A stretch of 64,000 nucleotides of DNA from Chloroflexota bacterium (GCA_965261345.1 OZ253449.1:352001-416000); one strand, 5' to 3'; numbered from the stretch's first letter, positions 46,906 through 56,947 are shown. The notes: generated by a model not told the origin, from the letters alone. Numbers and translations: made by a program.

Positions 46906-48771
46906 CTAAGGATGTGAGAGCACCAACCGCGGAGAACACCCCGCAATTTGCTGCTCAATTCCGGATTCGATTTCAGTTTGCGAGAAGGGGCGCCCGTCAT
47001 ATTTGAGCACCCGCCGCTCGATGATCACCCCGGTAAGTTCGGCGATCAGTTGGCCCAATTGGCCGGTGAAGTTGTCTTCAATCAGGATCAAGTTCCGGGC
47101 CCGGCTCAGAATTTCCGCCACCGCCTTGGTGGGAAACGGCCTAAGCATCCGCAGCTGCAAATAATTGACCGCTATTCCCCGCCGGCCGAGCGAACCCTGG
47201 GCATCCAGGATTGCCCCCTTGGTAGACCCCCAGGCCACCACCGTGTATTCGGCGTCGGCTGGGCCGTGCAGGGTGAACTTGAGCTCATCTGGTACTTGGG
47301 CGCTGATGGTATCGAGCTTGCGCATGCGCTTTTCCATCTGTTGCATGCGGTTTTCGATGCTCTCGGAAATTTTTCCGTAGGTCGTGTGCTCGTCCGAAGT
47401 GGTAACGAACATTCCGCCCGGTTCGCCGGGCACGCTGCGGGCCGACACACCGGTTTCGGTGATCTGGTGTCGCTCGAACGGGCCCTGCTGACCGTTGGGA
47501 ACATAGCGCGGACCGGCGCGAACCTTGAGGTGATCAGTGCGCAGACCATCTACCGTCCAGTTGCTGTTGGAAAGGTGGCGATCCAGTAGCACAACCACCG
47601 GCAGCTGGTATTCGTCACCCCAATTGAAAGCCTCGAAGGTCAATTCGAAACATTCCTGCAGATCGCCGGGGGCAACCACGATGTGAGGAAATTCGCCGTG
47701 TCCGGGTTGAAGGGCCAGGCGAAGATCAGTCTGACCGCCGCGGGTCGGCAGACCGGTGGACGGCCCGCCTCGCTGATAGAGGCATATCACCGGCCCCGGC
47801 GTCTCGGTGATCGCTGCCAGTCCGATTCCCTCGCTCATGAGCGAGAAACCCGGTCCGGCGGTGGAGGTCGCCGCGCGGGCGCCGCCGTAGGCCGCGCCAA
47901 CCGCCTGGTTGATGCAAGCAATTTCGTCCTCGGCCTGGAGAACGACGATCGGGTATTCGGTCTGGATCTTTTCCAGGAACACCGACTCCTCGGTCGCCGG
48001 GGCGATTGGGTAATAGGTCTGGAAGGTGCAGCCGGCGTGCAGCTTGCCGAGCGCTACCGCTTCGGCCCCGCGCACCAATGCGCGGTGGGCGCCGCCATTG
48101 TTCTTAACCGGGACCAGGGACGGTCCAAACGGTTCCACAAGCAGCGATTGCATGTAGTCGTGGGTAACGTCGATCACCGCCGCGTTCAGCTCTACCAACT
48201 GCGCTCGGCGCTCGCCCAACCGCTCGCGCAGGATGTCAACGATCGATTCCGGGTCGAGGCCGATTAACGCAAATGAAGCGGCCACCGAAACCATGTTGCG
48301 CATGATATCATGCCGCCGGGCACTAAATTGGATCCCGGCGCGGGCCACCCCTTCACGCAATACCTGCTCGTAGGGCAGCGAGAAGAGGTGAATGTCGTCT
48401 CGCCCAAATTCCTCCGGGTCAATGTCCAGGGCCGAATCAACAATCAGGCCGCCGCCGGGTGAAATACGGTGCACGTGCCCGTTGTGGGTTCGATAAAGGG
48501 CGTCGACATCGCCAAAAATGGTCTCGCGGTCCAGCGCCAGCAGCAGGTCGACTGGCTCCACGTGCGAGGAAATCGGATTCTCGGAAACACGAACCCGAAA
48601 GAACGAGTGCCGCCCCATGATGTTGGAGTGGTATTCGATATTGGAAAAAACCTGTAGTCCGAAGCGGACGCAGGCCTTGGCAAATACCTCGGCCGAGACA
48701 TTGATCCCGCTGCCCTGAGGACCACCGATCATCCAGGACATACGGTTCTTATGGAAAGGGGTGCGGCTCAC
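46906..48771 (-). CDS. korA: 2-oxoacid:ferredoxin oxidoreductase alpha subunit (gamma-alpha fusion)
   Basis: GGPQGSG, YYPIAP, QAEDEIA, TAGPGFSLMSE, QRGGPSTGLPT. Start is GTG 48771 or 48798. Confidence 0.95.
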   Translation of the reverse strand: MSRTPFHKNRMSWMIGGPQGSGINVSAEVFAKACVRFGLQVFSNIEYHSNIMGRHSFFRVRVSENPISSHVEPVDLLLALDRETIFGDVDALYRTHNGHVHRISPGGGLIVDSALDIDPEEFGRDDIHLFSLPYEQVLREGVARAGIQFSARRHDIMRNMVSVAASFALIGLDPESIVDILRERLGERRAQLVELNAAVIDVTHDYMQSLLVEPFGPSLVPVKNNGGAHRALVRGAEAVALGKLHAGCTFQTYYPIAPATEESVFLEKIQTEYPIVVLQAEDEIACINQAVGAAYGGARAATSTAGPGFSLMSEGIGLAAITETPGPVICLYQRGGPSTGLPTRGGQTDLRLALQPGHGEFPHIVVAPGDLQECFELTFEAFNWGDEYQLPVVVLLDRHLSNSNWTVDGLRTDHLKVRAGPRYVPNGQQGPFERHQITETGVSARSVPGEPGGMFVTTSDEHTTYGKISESIENRMQQMEKRMRKLDTISAQVPDELKFTLHGPADAEYTVVAWGSTKGAILDAQGSLGRRGIAVNYLQLRMLRPFPTKAVAEILSRARNLILIEDNFTGQLGQLIAELTGVIIERRVLKYDGRPFSQTEIESGIEQQIAGCSPRLVLSHP

Positions 48772-48954
48772 GTTGCCGATCGCTTCAGGAAACAACACTG
48801 GTCCCTGTGGATAGATGTGCCAACGCAGATATTACAGCGTATGCAATTTACCGGTTAGCATCACAACAAGACTATCCTAAATCGCCGTTGCGCGGGCAGC
48901 TGCAACACAGATTTTTTAACGTCGCGAACGCATTCTAGAAGAAGTCGATGTCGC

Positions 48955-49314
48955 TTGCCGAATTCACCAAGAATTGTCGAAAAACCATGGGGTCGTGAAG
49001 TCATTTTTGCCGATTGCGAACTCTACTTGGGCAAGGTGATTGAGATCAATTCCGGCGCCCGCCTGAGTCTGCAATATCACCGTCACAAGGATGAGACGGT
49101 TTACGTCGATTCTGGGCGGGTGGCAACCCGCCTGGCCAAAATTCCGGGCGAGGAGGGGGAACAGGTAATCCTTAACCCGGGCGACTGCCTGCGGTTAACG
49201 CCGGGCACCATACACCGGTTCGCGGCACTGGGCGGCCCGGCCCGGATCCTGGAGGTCTCAACTCCCCACCCCGACGATACGGTCCGCCTGCAAGACGACT
49301 TTGGGCGCGATTAA
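48955..49314 (+). CDS. Cupin-domain protein (mannose-6-phosphate isomerase type II C-terminal-like)
   Basis: VEKPWGRE, LSLQYHRHKDET, PGTIHR, LEVSTP, RLQDDFGR. Confidence 0.88.
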   Translation: MPNSPRIVEKPWGREVIFADCELYLGKVIEINSGARLSLQYHRHKDETVYVDSGRVATRLAKIPGEEGEQVILNPGDCLRLTPGTIHRFAALGGPARILEVSTPHPDDTVRLQDDFGRD

Positions 49315-49403
49315 TGCCGACCCGAATTAGACATTTTCAATTCCCCGGTAACTAGTATCGAAAATGAGATTGAAAGACCGTTTCTTACCGCAAGGGGGAC
49401 TAG

Positions 49404-50168
49404 ATGACGGTGAACGCGACCAAGGCGATCTTAGCCGCGGGCAAACCGGCGATCGGGTGCTCACTTAGCTACGGAAGCGAACTGGCGGCCGGCCAGATGT
49501 CACAGGCCGGATACGACTGGGTCATGCTCGACCAACAGCACGGGTATTGGAACGAACACAACCTCCGCACCGGGTTCCTGGCGGTCATCCAGGGGGGCGC
49601 CACCCCGGTCACTCGGGTGTTGTCTAACCGCTACGACCTGATCAACAAGGCCCTTGAATCGGGTGCCCTGGGCCTGGTAATTCCCATGGTAAATTCAGTC
49701 GACGAAGCGGCCGCCGCATCAGCGGCCGCCCACTATCCGCCGCGCGGAACCCGGTCCAACGCTGGGCCCTACATGACGACAACCTTCGCTCCCAACTACA
49801 CAAGTTGGATTGACGACGAGGTTTTCCTGGCGGTTCAGATCGAATCGCAAGCGGCAGTCGACAACGCCGAGGCAATTCTGAGCGTTGAAGGCGTCGACGG
49901 TTGCTGGGTCGGACCGTCAGACCTGGCGCTTGACATGGGTCTGAAGGTTTCGGACATGGGCAACCATCCACGCCACGACGCCGCGGTGGCCCACGTGGCC
50001 GCGGTGTGCAAAAAACTCGGCAAGGCCGCCGGCTATGCGTGTTCCACCCCAGAAATGGGGCGGCGGCGGATCGCCGAGGGTTTCACCTTCGTCAACATCG
50101 GTTCGGATTCCGGCTTTATCGTCGACGGCAGCGCGGCGGTGCTGGCCGAATTTAAGCCCGGATCCTAG
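49404..50168 (+). CDS. HpcH/HpaI class II pyruvate aldolase family protein
   Basis: DWVMLDQQHG, TRV, PMV, YPPRGTRS, QIE, VGPSDL. Confidence 0.9.
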   Translation: MTVNATKAILAAGKPAIGCSLSYGSELAAGQMSQAGYDWVMLDQQHGYWNEHNLRTGFLAVIQGGATPVTRVLSNRYDLINKALESGALGLVIPMVNSVDEAAAASAAAHYPPRGTRSNAGPYMTTTFAPNYTSWIDDEVFLAVQIESQAAVDNAEAILSVEGVDGCWVGPSDLALDMGLKVSDMGNHPRHDAAVAHVAAVCKKLGKAAGYACSTPEMGRRRIAEGFTFVNIGSDSGFIVDGSAAVLAEFKPGS

Positions 50169-50197
50169 CACCCGACCCGCGCGCCGCAACTTAATCG

Positions 50198-51001
50198 ATG
50201 GACCTGCAGCTGGCCGGACGGGCCGCTCTCATTACCGGTGGGAGTGCCGGCCTGGGACGGGCGATGGCCTTGGCGCTGGCCGGCGAAGGGTGCCACGTGG
50301 CGATCGCGGCCCGCACCCGGGCCCGCTTGGACGCAACGGTCGCCGAACTCTCCGGCCTGGGGGTCGAAGCGATTGGGATCGCCTGCGACGTTACCCAACC
50401 AGACCAGATTCAATCGGCTGTCGAAGAGGCCGCCACCGAATTGGGCCGGCTCGATATTGTGATCGCCAATGCCGGCGGGCAACAGCGGCCGGGGTTGCTC
50501 GAATCAACCGACGCCGATTGGCAGTTCACGCTCGATATCAACCTGTTGCACGCGGTGCGACTGGTCCGTGCAGCGGTACCCAGACTGGCCGAATCGGGCG
50601 CCGGCGCGGTGCTCATTACCGCCTCAATCACCGGTGCCCGGGTCCAGGTTCCAGCCCAGTACGGCACCGCCAAAGCCGCCCAGATCTACCTGGCTGCCGC
50701 CCTCGCCCGCGAACTAGCCCAGTACGGCATCCGGGTTAACGCGATCGCCCCGGGGTCGATTGAATTTCCCAGCGGTAGCTGGGGTCGGCGGCGACGCGAG
50801 ACGCCCGAGGCGATGGAACGCTTCTCGCGCGAGCAATTTCCATTCAAGCGGCTGGGGCGCCCGCAGGAAATCGGAAGCGTGGCGGCATTCCTCTGTTCGC
50901 CCCGATCCAGCTGGATCAGCGGCGAATGCGTGGTGGTCGATGGCGGGCAGTTCAATGCCGGGATGTGGTCGCCGGCCGATCTGCCGGGCCCCGGGAGCTG
51001 A
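50198..51001 (+). CDS. Short-chain dehydrogenase/reductase
   Basis: TGGSAGLG, NAG, AS, YGTAK (YxxxK), IRVNAIAPG, VDGG. Confidence 0.93.
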   Translation: MDLQLAGRAALITGGSAGLGRAMALALAGEGCHVAIAARTRARLDATVAELSGLGVEAIGIACDVTQPDQIQSAVEEAATELGRLDIVIANAGGQQRPGLLESTDADWQFTLDINLLHAVRLVRAAVPRLAESGAGAVLITASITGARVQVPAQYGTAKAAQIYLAAALARELAQYGIRVNAIAPGSIEFPSGSWGRRRRETPEAMERFSREQFPFKRLGRPQEIGSVAAFLCSPRSSWISGECVVVDGGQFNAGMWSPADLPGPGS

Positions 51002-51052
51002 CCGACCTCGGGCGGGCACCGGACCGGGCCCACCCACCGCCGTTCTGACCGC

Positions 51053-51853
51053 CTAGGCGGCTTCGATCATGTCGCGCAGGGCCTTGCCTTCGGTTGCCCA
51101 AAAATCCCTTAGCACATACATGTCGCCGCTCAGACTGAAGTGCCGGATTCCCATCTCAAGATAGGGCGCGGCCGCCTGGGGAGTGGAAATCTCTACCCGC
51201 GGGGTGACCCCCATTTTCATCGAGGTCTCGATGCTGTAGAGCTCGGCCTTTTTCACCGCGTCCGAGGATCGCCCGGCATAGTTGCCGCTGTTCATTGAAA
51301 AGTCGGTCGGCCCGAACTGGGTCATATCCAGGCCCGGAACCGCCAGCACCGCTTCCAAGTCGTCGACACAGGCCTTTTTCTCGACCATGATCATCACCAC
51401 CGCCTGGTTGGTTTTCTCCACGTAACCGGCAACGTCGAATCCATAACCCCAACGGTTGTCGCGGGTGGCGCCCATCCCGCGCAAGCCGGTTTGACCGGCC
51501 GCATCGGCCCGAACCGACGCGACCGCCTCGCGGGCATCCTCGACTCCGCGCACGTCGGAGAAGAGAAAGTTCTCGATTCCCGCCCCGGCGGCGCGAATTG
51601 CAAGGTAAGGGCGGGGCATCTGGTCCATCTTGATAAGCGAGCTCATGTGCGGGAAAAGGTCGATCGCCCGCGCAAAATTCTCCAGCGCGAAATTGTCGAA
51701 TGGGCCGTATTCAGATACGAATTCAACGTAGTCGATCTGCCCGGTCCAGCCGATCGTTTCGGCGATCCCGGCCCAGACTGAAGAAACCCGACAGCCGATC
51801 GTCGGTTCGCCGGCGTCCAGCTTCTGCCTAAATACGTTGTTATGGTCTGCCAT
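51053..51853 (-). CDS. HpcH/HpaI aldolase family protein, divergent active site
   Basis: DYVEFVSEYGPF, MVEK, FGPTDFS. Start at ATG 51853. Confidence 0.8.
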   Translation of the reverse strand: MADHNNVFRQKLDAGEPTIGCRVSSVWAGIAETIGWTGQIDYVEFVSEYGPFDNFALENFARAIDLFPHMSSLIKMDQMPRPYLAIRAAGAGIENFLFSDVRGVEDAREAVASVRADAAGQTGLRGMGATRDNRWGYGFDVAGYVEKTNQAVVMIMVEKKACVDDLEAVLAVPGLDMTQFGPTDFSMNSGNYAGRSSDAVKKAELYSIETSMKMGVTPRVEISTPQAAAPYLEMGIRHFSLSGDMYVLRDFWATEGKALRDMIEAA

Positions 51854-52032
51854 TGCAATGGTCTCGGTTCGGGTGGGCGCGAGTTCATTTCGATGCCGCC
51901 GTTTACCCCGGCGGGCGTGGCAATTATCACTTGGGGCCATTTCCAAGAAATCGCAACCCTCTTGACCAAGTTAAATTTCAGTGTCGATCACGCAGCACTG
52001 CCGCAGGGCAATTTCGGGAGTTAATCAGTCCA

Positions 52033-52716
52033 ATGTCGATGCAGATGCGGTCCTGGCTGGCCGAACTTATTGGAACCTTCATATTGGTGCTCGGCGCCGC
52101 CGGTTCGGCCGCGGTGGTGGGTGATGAACTCGGTGGTAGCGCGACCTTTCTGGTCGCGGTACTAGGTTCGGCGTTTGCGCTCTCGGTTGGGATCTACGCT
52201 TTTTACGACATTTCCGGGGCGCAATTTAATCCGGCGGTAACGGTAGCCTTGTTTGCGCTCGGCAAAATCTCGGTCGTTGCCGGTGTAGGCAACGTCATCG
52301 CCCAGCTGATCGGCGCAATCGTGGCGGCCGCTATCCTGGCGCTGACAATCCCACTCGGCCCGAGCAATTACGGTCTTACCACGGTAGCCTTTGGCACCGA
52401 ACCCTGGCAGGCCCTTGTCCTGGAGGCGGTGGCCACCTTCATCCTGGTGCACACCATCCTATTTGTTGCGGTCCGCTACCAGCTCAGCCAGGCAATCGCC
52501 GCGCTGGCCATTCCCACCGCCCTGGCGACCGGGTTGATCATTTCCGGAACCCTGACCGGCGGTTCGCTCAACCCCGCCCGCACCCTGGGTCCGGCCCTTC
52601 TCAGCGGGCAATTTGGTGATCACTGGGTCTATTGGGCGGGCCCACTTGCCGGCGCCCTGCTGGCCGCCGTTGTATTTAAGGTCTTAACGCTCGGCGATCA
52701 CGTCAACCAAGGCTAA
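52033..52716 (+). CDS. MIP family channel (aquaporin-like)
   Basis: AELIGTF, SGAQFNPAVT, GGSLNPART, HWVYWAGP. Confidence 0.95.
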   Translation: MSMQMRSWLAELIGTFILVLGAAGSAAVVGDELGGSATFLVAVLGSAFALSVGIYAFYDISGAQFNPAVTVALFALGKISVVAGVGNVIAQLIGAIVAAAILALTIPLGPSNYGLTTVAFGTEPWQALVLEAVATFILVHTILFVAVRYQLSQAIAALAIPTALATGLIISGTLTGGSLNPARTLGPALLSGQFGDHWVYWAGPLAGALLAAVVFKVLTLGDHVNQG

Positions 52717-52762
52717 GCGGCAAAACCGCAGGCGCCTCGGATAACCCTTCGTCGGCCAGTCG

Positions 52763-53878
52763 CTAACCATTGGCCGCAACCTCCCTTTCGCGTTGGCGTT
52801 CCTTAACCAGATCGTCGATTCCCGCAGTCAAGTGCGAGAAGAACTGATCCTCATCCAGGGTCTCCACGATCTCGCCCTTGGCAAAAATCACCCCGCGGCC
52901 GCGGCCGCCGGCCAGTCCGATGTCAGCATCCCGAGCCTCACCGGGCCCGTTTACCACGCAGCCCATGACCGCAACCTTTAGCGGTTCGTCGATCGATCCC
53001 AGGTGGTTTTCAATCCTTTCAACCAAATCGAAAAGTTCGATCTCGCAACGTCCGCACGAAGGGCAGGAGACCAAGGTCGTCCCTTGCGAGTGCAATTCGA
53101 GGCTCTTGAGAATTTCGTAGGCAACCGGAACCTCGGCCTCGGGTTCGGCGGTAAGCGAAACCCGGATCGTATCGCCGATCCCCTCGTAGAGCAGCATGCC
53201 GATCCCGATCGCCGAACGGATGCTGCCCGATCGCGGAGTGCCCGCTTCGGTTATCCCAAGGTGGAGCGGGTATGGGATCTGGTCGGCGATCAGCCGGTAG
53301 GCCCGCACCATTGGATCAATATCGAACGCTTTGAGCGAAATTTTCATCATCTCAAAGTTCTCGTCTTCGAGAATTCGAACGTGGGTTAATGCGTGGGCGA
53401 CCATCGCCTCGGCCAGTGCCTGACCCTGCTTGGGGCGCCCGTCGGGGGTCCGGTTCTCGGGAATCGATCCGGCGTTAACCCCGATTCGGATCGGGATATC
53501 GCGCTGTTTGCAGGCCGCAACAACGGCCCGCACTCGGTCGCGGTTTCCGATATTTCCGGGATTGATGCGCAAGCCGTCGATATTGGCTTCCGCCGCCAAC
53601 AAGGCAAGCCGGTGGTCGAAGTGGATATCGGCGATCAGTGGGACCGGGCTGGCCTTGATGATCGCCGGCAGGGCGAGGCCTGCCTCACGATCGGGTACCG
53701 CCACTCGCACGATCTGGCACCCCAGTTCGGCCAAACGGGCGATCTGAGCACCGGTTGCCTCAATATCGCCGGTGTTGGTGGTACTCATTGACTGGACCAC
53801 CACTGGTCCTCCGCCGCCAATACGCACATCGCCAACGTGGACCGGGATCGACGTTCGCCGCCTAAGTATGTCTGCCAT
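52763..53878 (-). CDS. ispG: HMB-PP synthase (flavodoxin-dependent)
   Basis: VQSM, ADIHF, RINPGN, RIGVNAGS, CPSCGR, MGCVVNGPGE. Confidence 0.98.
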   Translation of the reverse strand: MADILRRRTSIPVHVGDVRIGGGGPVVVQSMSTTNTGDIEATGAQIARLAELGCQIVRVAVPDREAGLALPAIIKASPVPLIADIHFDHRLALLAAEANIDGLRINPGNIGNRDRVRAVVAACKQRDIPIRIGVNAGSIPENRTPDGRPKQGQALAEAMVAHALTHVRILEDENFEMMKISLKAFDIDPMVRAYRLIADQIPYPLHLGITEAGTPRSGSIRSAIGIGMLLYEGIGDTIRVSLTAEPEAEVPVAYEILKSLELHSQGTTLVSCPSCGRCEIELFDLVERIENHLGSIDEPLKVAVMGCVVNGPGEARDADIGLAGGRGRGVIFAKGEIVETLDEDQFFSHLTAGIDDLVKERQREREVAANG

Positions 53879-53884
53879 GGACCA

Positions 53885-53897
53885 TTGACACTGTCAA
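53885..53897. promoter_or_regulatory. Perfect palindrome (possible operator) directly upstream of ispG
   Basis: TTGACA-C-TGTCAA, 6 bp before the ispG ATG. Confidence 0.35.
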
Positions 53898-53922
53898 ACC
53901 GGCCGGCGCGGGGATATGGCAG

Positions 53923-54966
53923 TCAAGGCGCTACGCCGGTTATGCGCGAGATATCGGATGCAGTAACCGCCACCACAAGTATGACCAATATCGCCATTGA
54001 AACTATTTGCAAAGCCCGTTCGGTGTCCTGCGAAATGCGTCGGCCGCGCAGGGATTCGATTCCAATCAACACCATCCGCCCGCCATCGAGCACCGGCCAC
54101 GGCAGCAGGTTGAAAAGCGCCACCTGAATCGAGATCGAGGCGGCCAACCCGAGCACCACCCCGAGACCGAAATTGGCGGCCTGGCCAAAGGATTCAACTA
54201 TACCGATTACTCCGGTCACGTTCAATTCGCCCTGTCCGGTGAGTGCACCGGCGGTAAAGCGCGGCAGCAGGGTGGCTGCCTCGACTGAGTATTGGACCGC
54301 CAACCCAAGGGCGTCCGGCGGCGACTGACCGCCAAACCGGTAATTGATCCGCAGCCCCAGCGGGCCCTCGCCGCTGGGTGGATCGACCCGCGGCGTGAGC
54401 TCGGCCCGCAAGCGGGACCCGGACCGTTCAATTTCCAATTCGATCAGCCGGCCGGCTGATGAAGTGGTAAGCGCGTATACGTCCTCGGGCAGGATATCGA
54501 TCCGGTCGTTTAGGCCTACGATCACGTCACCCGGGCGCAGCCCGGCCGAGTCGGCCGGGCTACCGGCGACCACCGCGGTGATCTGGGTTCCGATCGGGGC
54601 GTAGATCATCGCCGAAACCCAGAACAGCAGGAATCCGACCAGGAAATTCATCGCGGGTCCGGCGGATAGGATTGCCAGGCGAGTACTTACGGGTTCACCC
54701 GAAAAGCTGCCCGGACCGGAATCGCGGCCATCCTCGCCCTGCAACCGTACGTAGCCACCGATGGGCAGCCAGTTGAGCCTGAATTCGGTGCCCGCCAGTT
54801 TTCGGGCTGCCAGTCGCGGTGGAAATCCGACCGCAAATTCCTTCACTCCCACGCCCAGTTTGCGGGCCGCTGCAAAATGCCCGAATTCGTGGGCTACCAC
54901 CAGCAGGGTAAGCGTCCCCAACCCCACACCGATCGAGAGAGGCAACGCCAGGAAATTCAGGTCCAT
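53923..54966 (-). CDS. rseP: M50 intramembrane metalloprotease RseP with PDZ domain
   Basis: HEFGH, PIGGYV, AGP, PDZ (SPA..AGLRPGD), NLLPWPVLDGG. Confidence 0.95.
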   Translation of the reverse strand: MDLNFLALPLSIGVGLGTLTLLVVAHEFGHFAAARKLGVGVKEFAVGFPPRLAARKLAGTEFRLNWLPIGGYVRLQGEDGRDSGPGSFSGEPVSTRLAILSAGPAMNFLVGFLLFWVSAMIYAPIGTQITAVVAGSPADSAGLRPGDVIVGLNDRIDILPEDVYALTTSSAGRLIELEIERSGSRLRAELTPRVDPPSGEGPLGLRINYRFGGQSPPDALGLAVQYSVEAATLLPRFTAGALTGQGELNVTGVIGIVESFGQAANFGLGVVLGLAASISIQVALFNLLPWPVLDGGRMVLIGIESLRGRRISQDTERALQIVSMAILVILVVAVTASDISRITGVAP

Positions 54967-54984
54967 TTGCTTATCGGGATGACT

Positions 54985-56142
54985 CTAGAGAGTCCTGATG
55001 CATTCCTCGGCGGCCGAAAATCCGAGCCGGTGAAATTCCGGGACATCGGCGATCTGGCGCAGGTGCTCGCGTGGCGTCCGCTCGATCGCGCCCAAGACGA
55101 CCTGAGCAATTTGGTCGAATCGGATTTCGCCCCGCAGGAATGCTGCCACCGCGGCGTCGTCGGCCCCCACCAGCACCGCCGGCCCGCTGCCGCCACCGCG
55201 GCCAACCTGACGACAGAGCCCTAGCAACGGAAACCGCTCGTCGTCGGGACGGAAAAATTCCAGGCCGGCAAGGGCCGCCAAATCCAATTTGTCGACCAGT
55301 CCGCCCAGATCTAGGCGGTCATAGTGACCCAGCGCACAGGCGATCGGAATTCGCATGTCGGGCGGGCCAAGCTGAGCCTTGCAGGACCCATCTACGAATT
55401 CAACCAGCGAATGCACGACGCTCTGCGGATGAACAAGCACGGCGATCTTGTCCAAGTCCACCGCAAAAAGATGACCGGCCTCGATTACTTCTAACCCCTT
55501 GTTCATCAGGGTGGCTGAGTCAACGGTAATCTTGGGCCCCATTTGCCAGGTCGGATGGGCCAGAGCGTCGTCCAGGGTAATCTCGGAAAATCGCTCGGCT
55601 GGCAGCGTCCGAAACGGACCGCCTGAGGCCGTAAGGATAATCCGGGCAACGCTGGCGCTGCCCTCGCCCCACAGGCACTGCCAGATCGCCGAGTGTTCGC
55701 TGTCAACCGGGCGAATCGTGACCCCGTGGCGGGCGGCATGTCCCATCAGCAACTGGCCGGCCATAACCAGCAGCTCCTTGCTGGCCAGGGCGATGTCGGC
55801 GCCGGCTTCGATCGCGGCCACGGTCGGCGCGAAACCGGCCGCCCCTACCGTCGCGGCGAGAACTAGATCAGCGCCTGAACGGGCCGCGATTGCAACCAGG
55901 CCATCGGGTCCGCTGAGAATTTCAATCCCGTCGACATGCTCAGGTGGCGCACTGGCGTTGCCCAGGGCAACGCGTTCTACGCCATGCCGACGGGCCTGGG
56001 CAAGCAGCCGCGCGCGGTTGGAACCGGCGGCCAGACCGACGACTTCGAATCGATCAGGACGGGCCGCCACGACCTCTAAGGCCTGACACCCGATCGATCC
56101 GGTGCTGCCCAGGATAGCCAGCTTAATTGGAGCGCAGCTCAA
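54985..56142 (-). CDS. dxr: 1-deoxy-D-xylulose-5-phosphate reductoisomerase
   Basis: LGSTGSIG, PVDSEHSA, LTASGGPF, HPTWQMGPKITVDSA. Confidence 0.98.
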   Translation of the reverse strand: MSCAPIKLAILGSTGSIGCQALEVVAARPDRFEVVGLAAGSNRARLLAQARRHGVERVALGNASAPPEHVDGIEILSGPDGLVAIAARSGADLVLAATVGAAGFAPTVAAIEAGADIALASKELLVMAGQLLMGHAARHGVTIRPVDSEHSAIWQCLWGEGSASVARIILTASGGPFRTLPAERFSEITLDDALAHPTWQMGPKITVDSATLMNKGLEVIEAGHLFAVDLDKIAVLVHPQSVVHSLVEFVDGSCKAQLGPPDMRIPIACALGHYDRLDLGGLVDKLDLAALAGLEFFRPDDERFPLLGLCRQVGRGGGSGPAVLVGADDAAVAAFLRGEIRFDQIAQVVLGAIERTPREHLRQIADVPEFHRLGFSAAEECIRTL

Positions 56143-56939
56143 AGGCGGCCGCTCGCCAACAGGAGCACCGCGGCGACCGGAAACGCCAGGGTAAAGCTGT
56201 CAATGCGGTCTAGCAGCCCGCCGTGACCAGGAATCAGAAACCCGGAATCCTTCGCCCCGACCGAACGTTTGAGAGCGCTCTCGGCCAAATCGCCGACCTG
56301 GCCCAAAAGTCCGACCGCCCCGCCGATTAACGCCAGCACCAGCGCGGGAAGATCGATCCAGAGCGCAAACAACGCCCCGGCCGCCAGAGCACCGGCCAGA
56401 CCGCCAAGGAGGCCCTCCCAAGTTTTGCCCGGCGAGATGGTCGGGGCCAAGGTTTTCCGGCCAACCGACCGCCCCACCGCGAATGCGCAGCTGTCAAAGG
56501 CGAACACGCTCGCCACCACCAACAGAAGCAATATCCTGCCATCCGGAGCGGCGGCGATCAGAAGTCCACAGAGCATCGGCGGTCCCAGGTAAGCTGCCGC
56601 CAGCGCGACCACCCCCAATCCGGCCAGTTGGTCGGGCGGGCGGACGAGCAGCAATTCCCAGACGATTGCGGCCATCAGCAGCAGCGCGGTGGCAGAGAGC
56701 GCGATAGGCCAATACTGCCCCAGTTCGACGCCACCGGCAACGAGCGCCCAGATCGCCAACAACAACACCGGCCACACCCGCCGCCGCCGCGGCCCACCGC
56801 GATCGAGCATCCCGACTATTTCGACCGCCCCAATGGCAAAAGCGCCAAGCGCCAGACCTATGGTCCAATACCCGCCCAGCCAAATCAATGCGATGGCAAC
56901 CGGGGCCAGCACCGCGGCGCTGGCCAATCGCCGGACCAG
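56139..56939 (-). CDS. cdsA: Phosphatidate cytidylyltransferase
   Basis: DSCAF, ISPGKTWEG, GDLAESALKR, KDSG..IPGHGGLLDRIDS. Start is TTG 56927 or CTG 56939. Confidence 0.96.
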   Translation of the reverse strand: MVRRLASAAVLAPVAIALIWLGGYWTIGLALGAFAIGAVEIVGMLDRGGPRRRRVWPVLLLAIWALVAGGVELGQYWPIALSATALLLMAAIVWELLLVRPPDQLAGLGVVALAAAYLGPPMLCGLLIAAAPDGRILLLLVVASVFAFDSCAFAVGRSVGRKTLAPTISPGKTWEGLLGGLAGALAAGALFALWIDLPALVLALIGGAVGLLGQVGDLAESALKRSVGAKDSGFLIPGHGGLLDRIDSFTLAFPVAAVLLLASGRL

Positions 56940-56947
56940 ATTGCCTC

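Noticed and set aside
49332-49375. Short inverted repeats (CATTTTC/GAAAATG; TTTCAAT/ATTGAAA) upstream of the first aldolase
   Set aside because: 7-bp arms with long spacers in an AT-rich gap; these cannot be distinguished from chance.
51853-52032. N-terminal extensions of the MIP and HpcH ORFs in the ORF track
   Set aside because: They overlap each other across a divergent promoter region; conserved sequence begins at ATG 52033 and ATG 51853.
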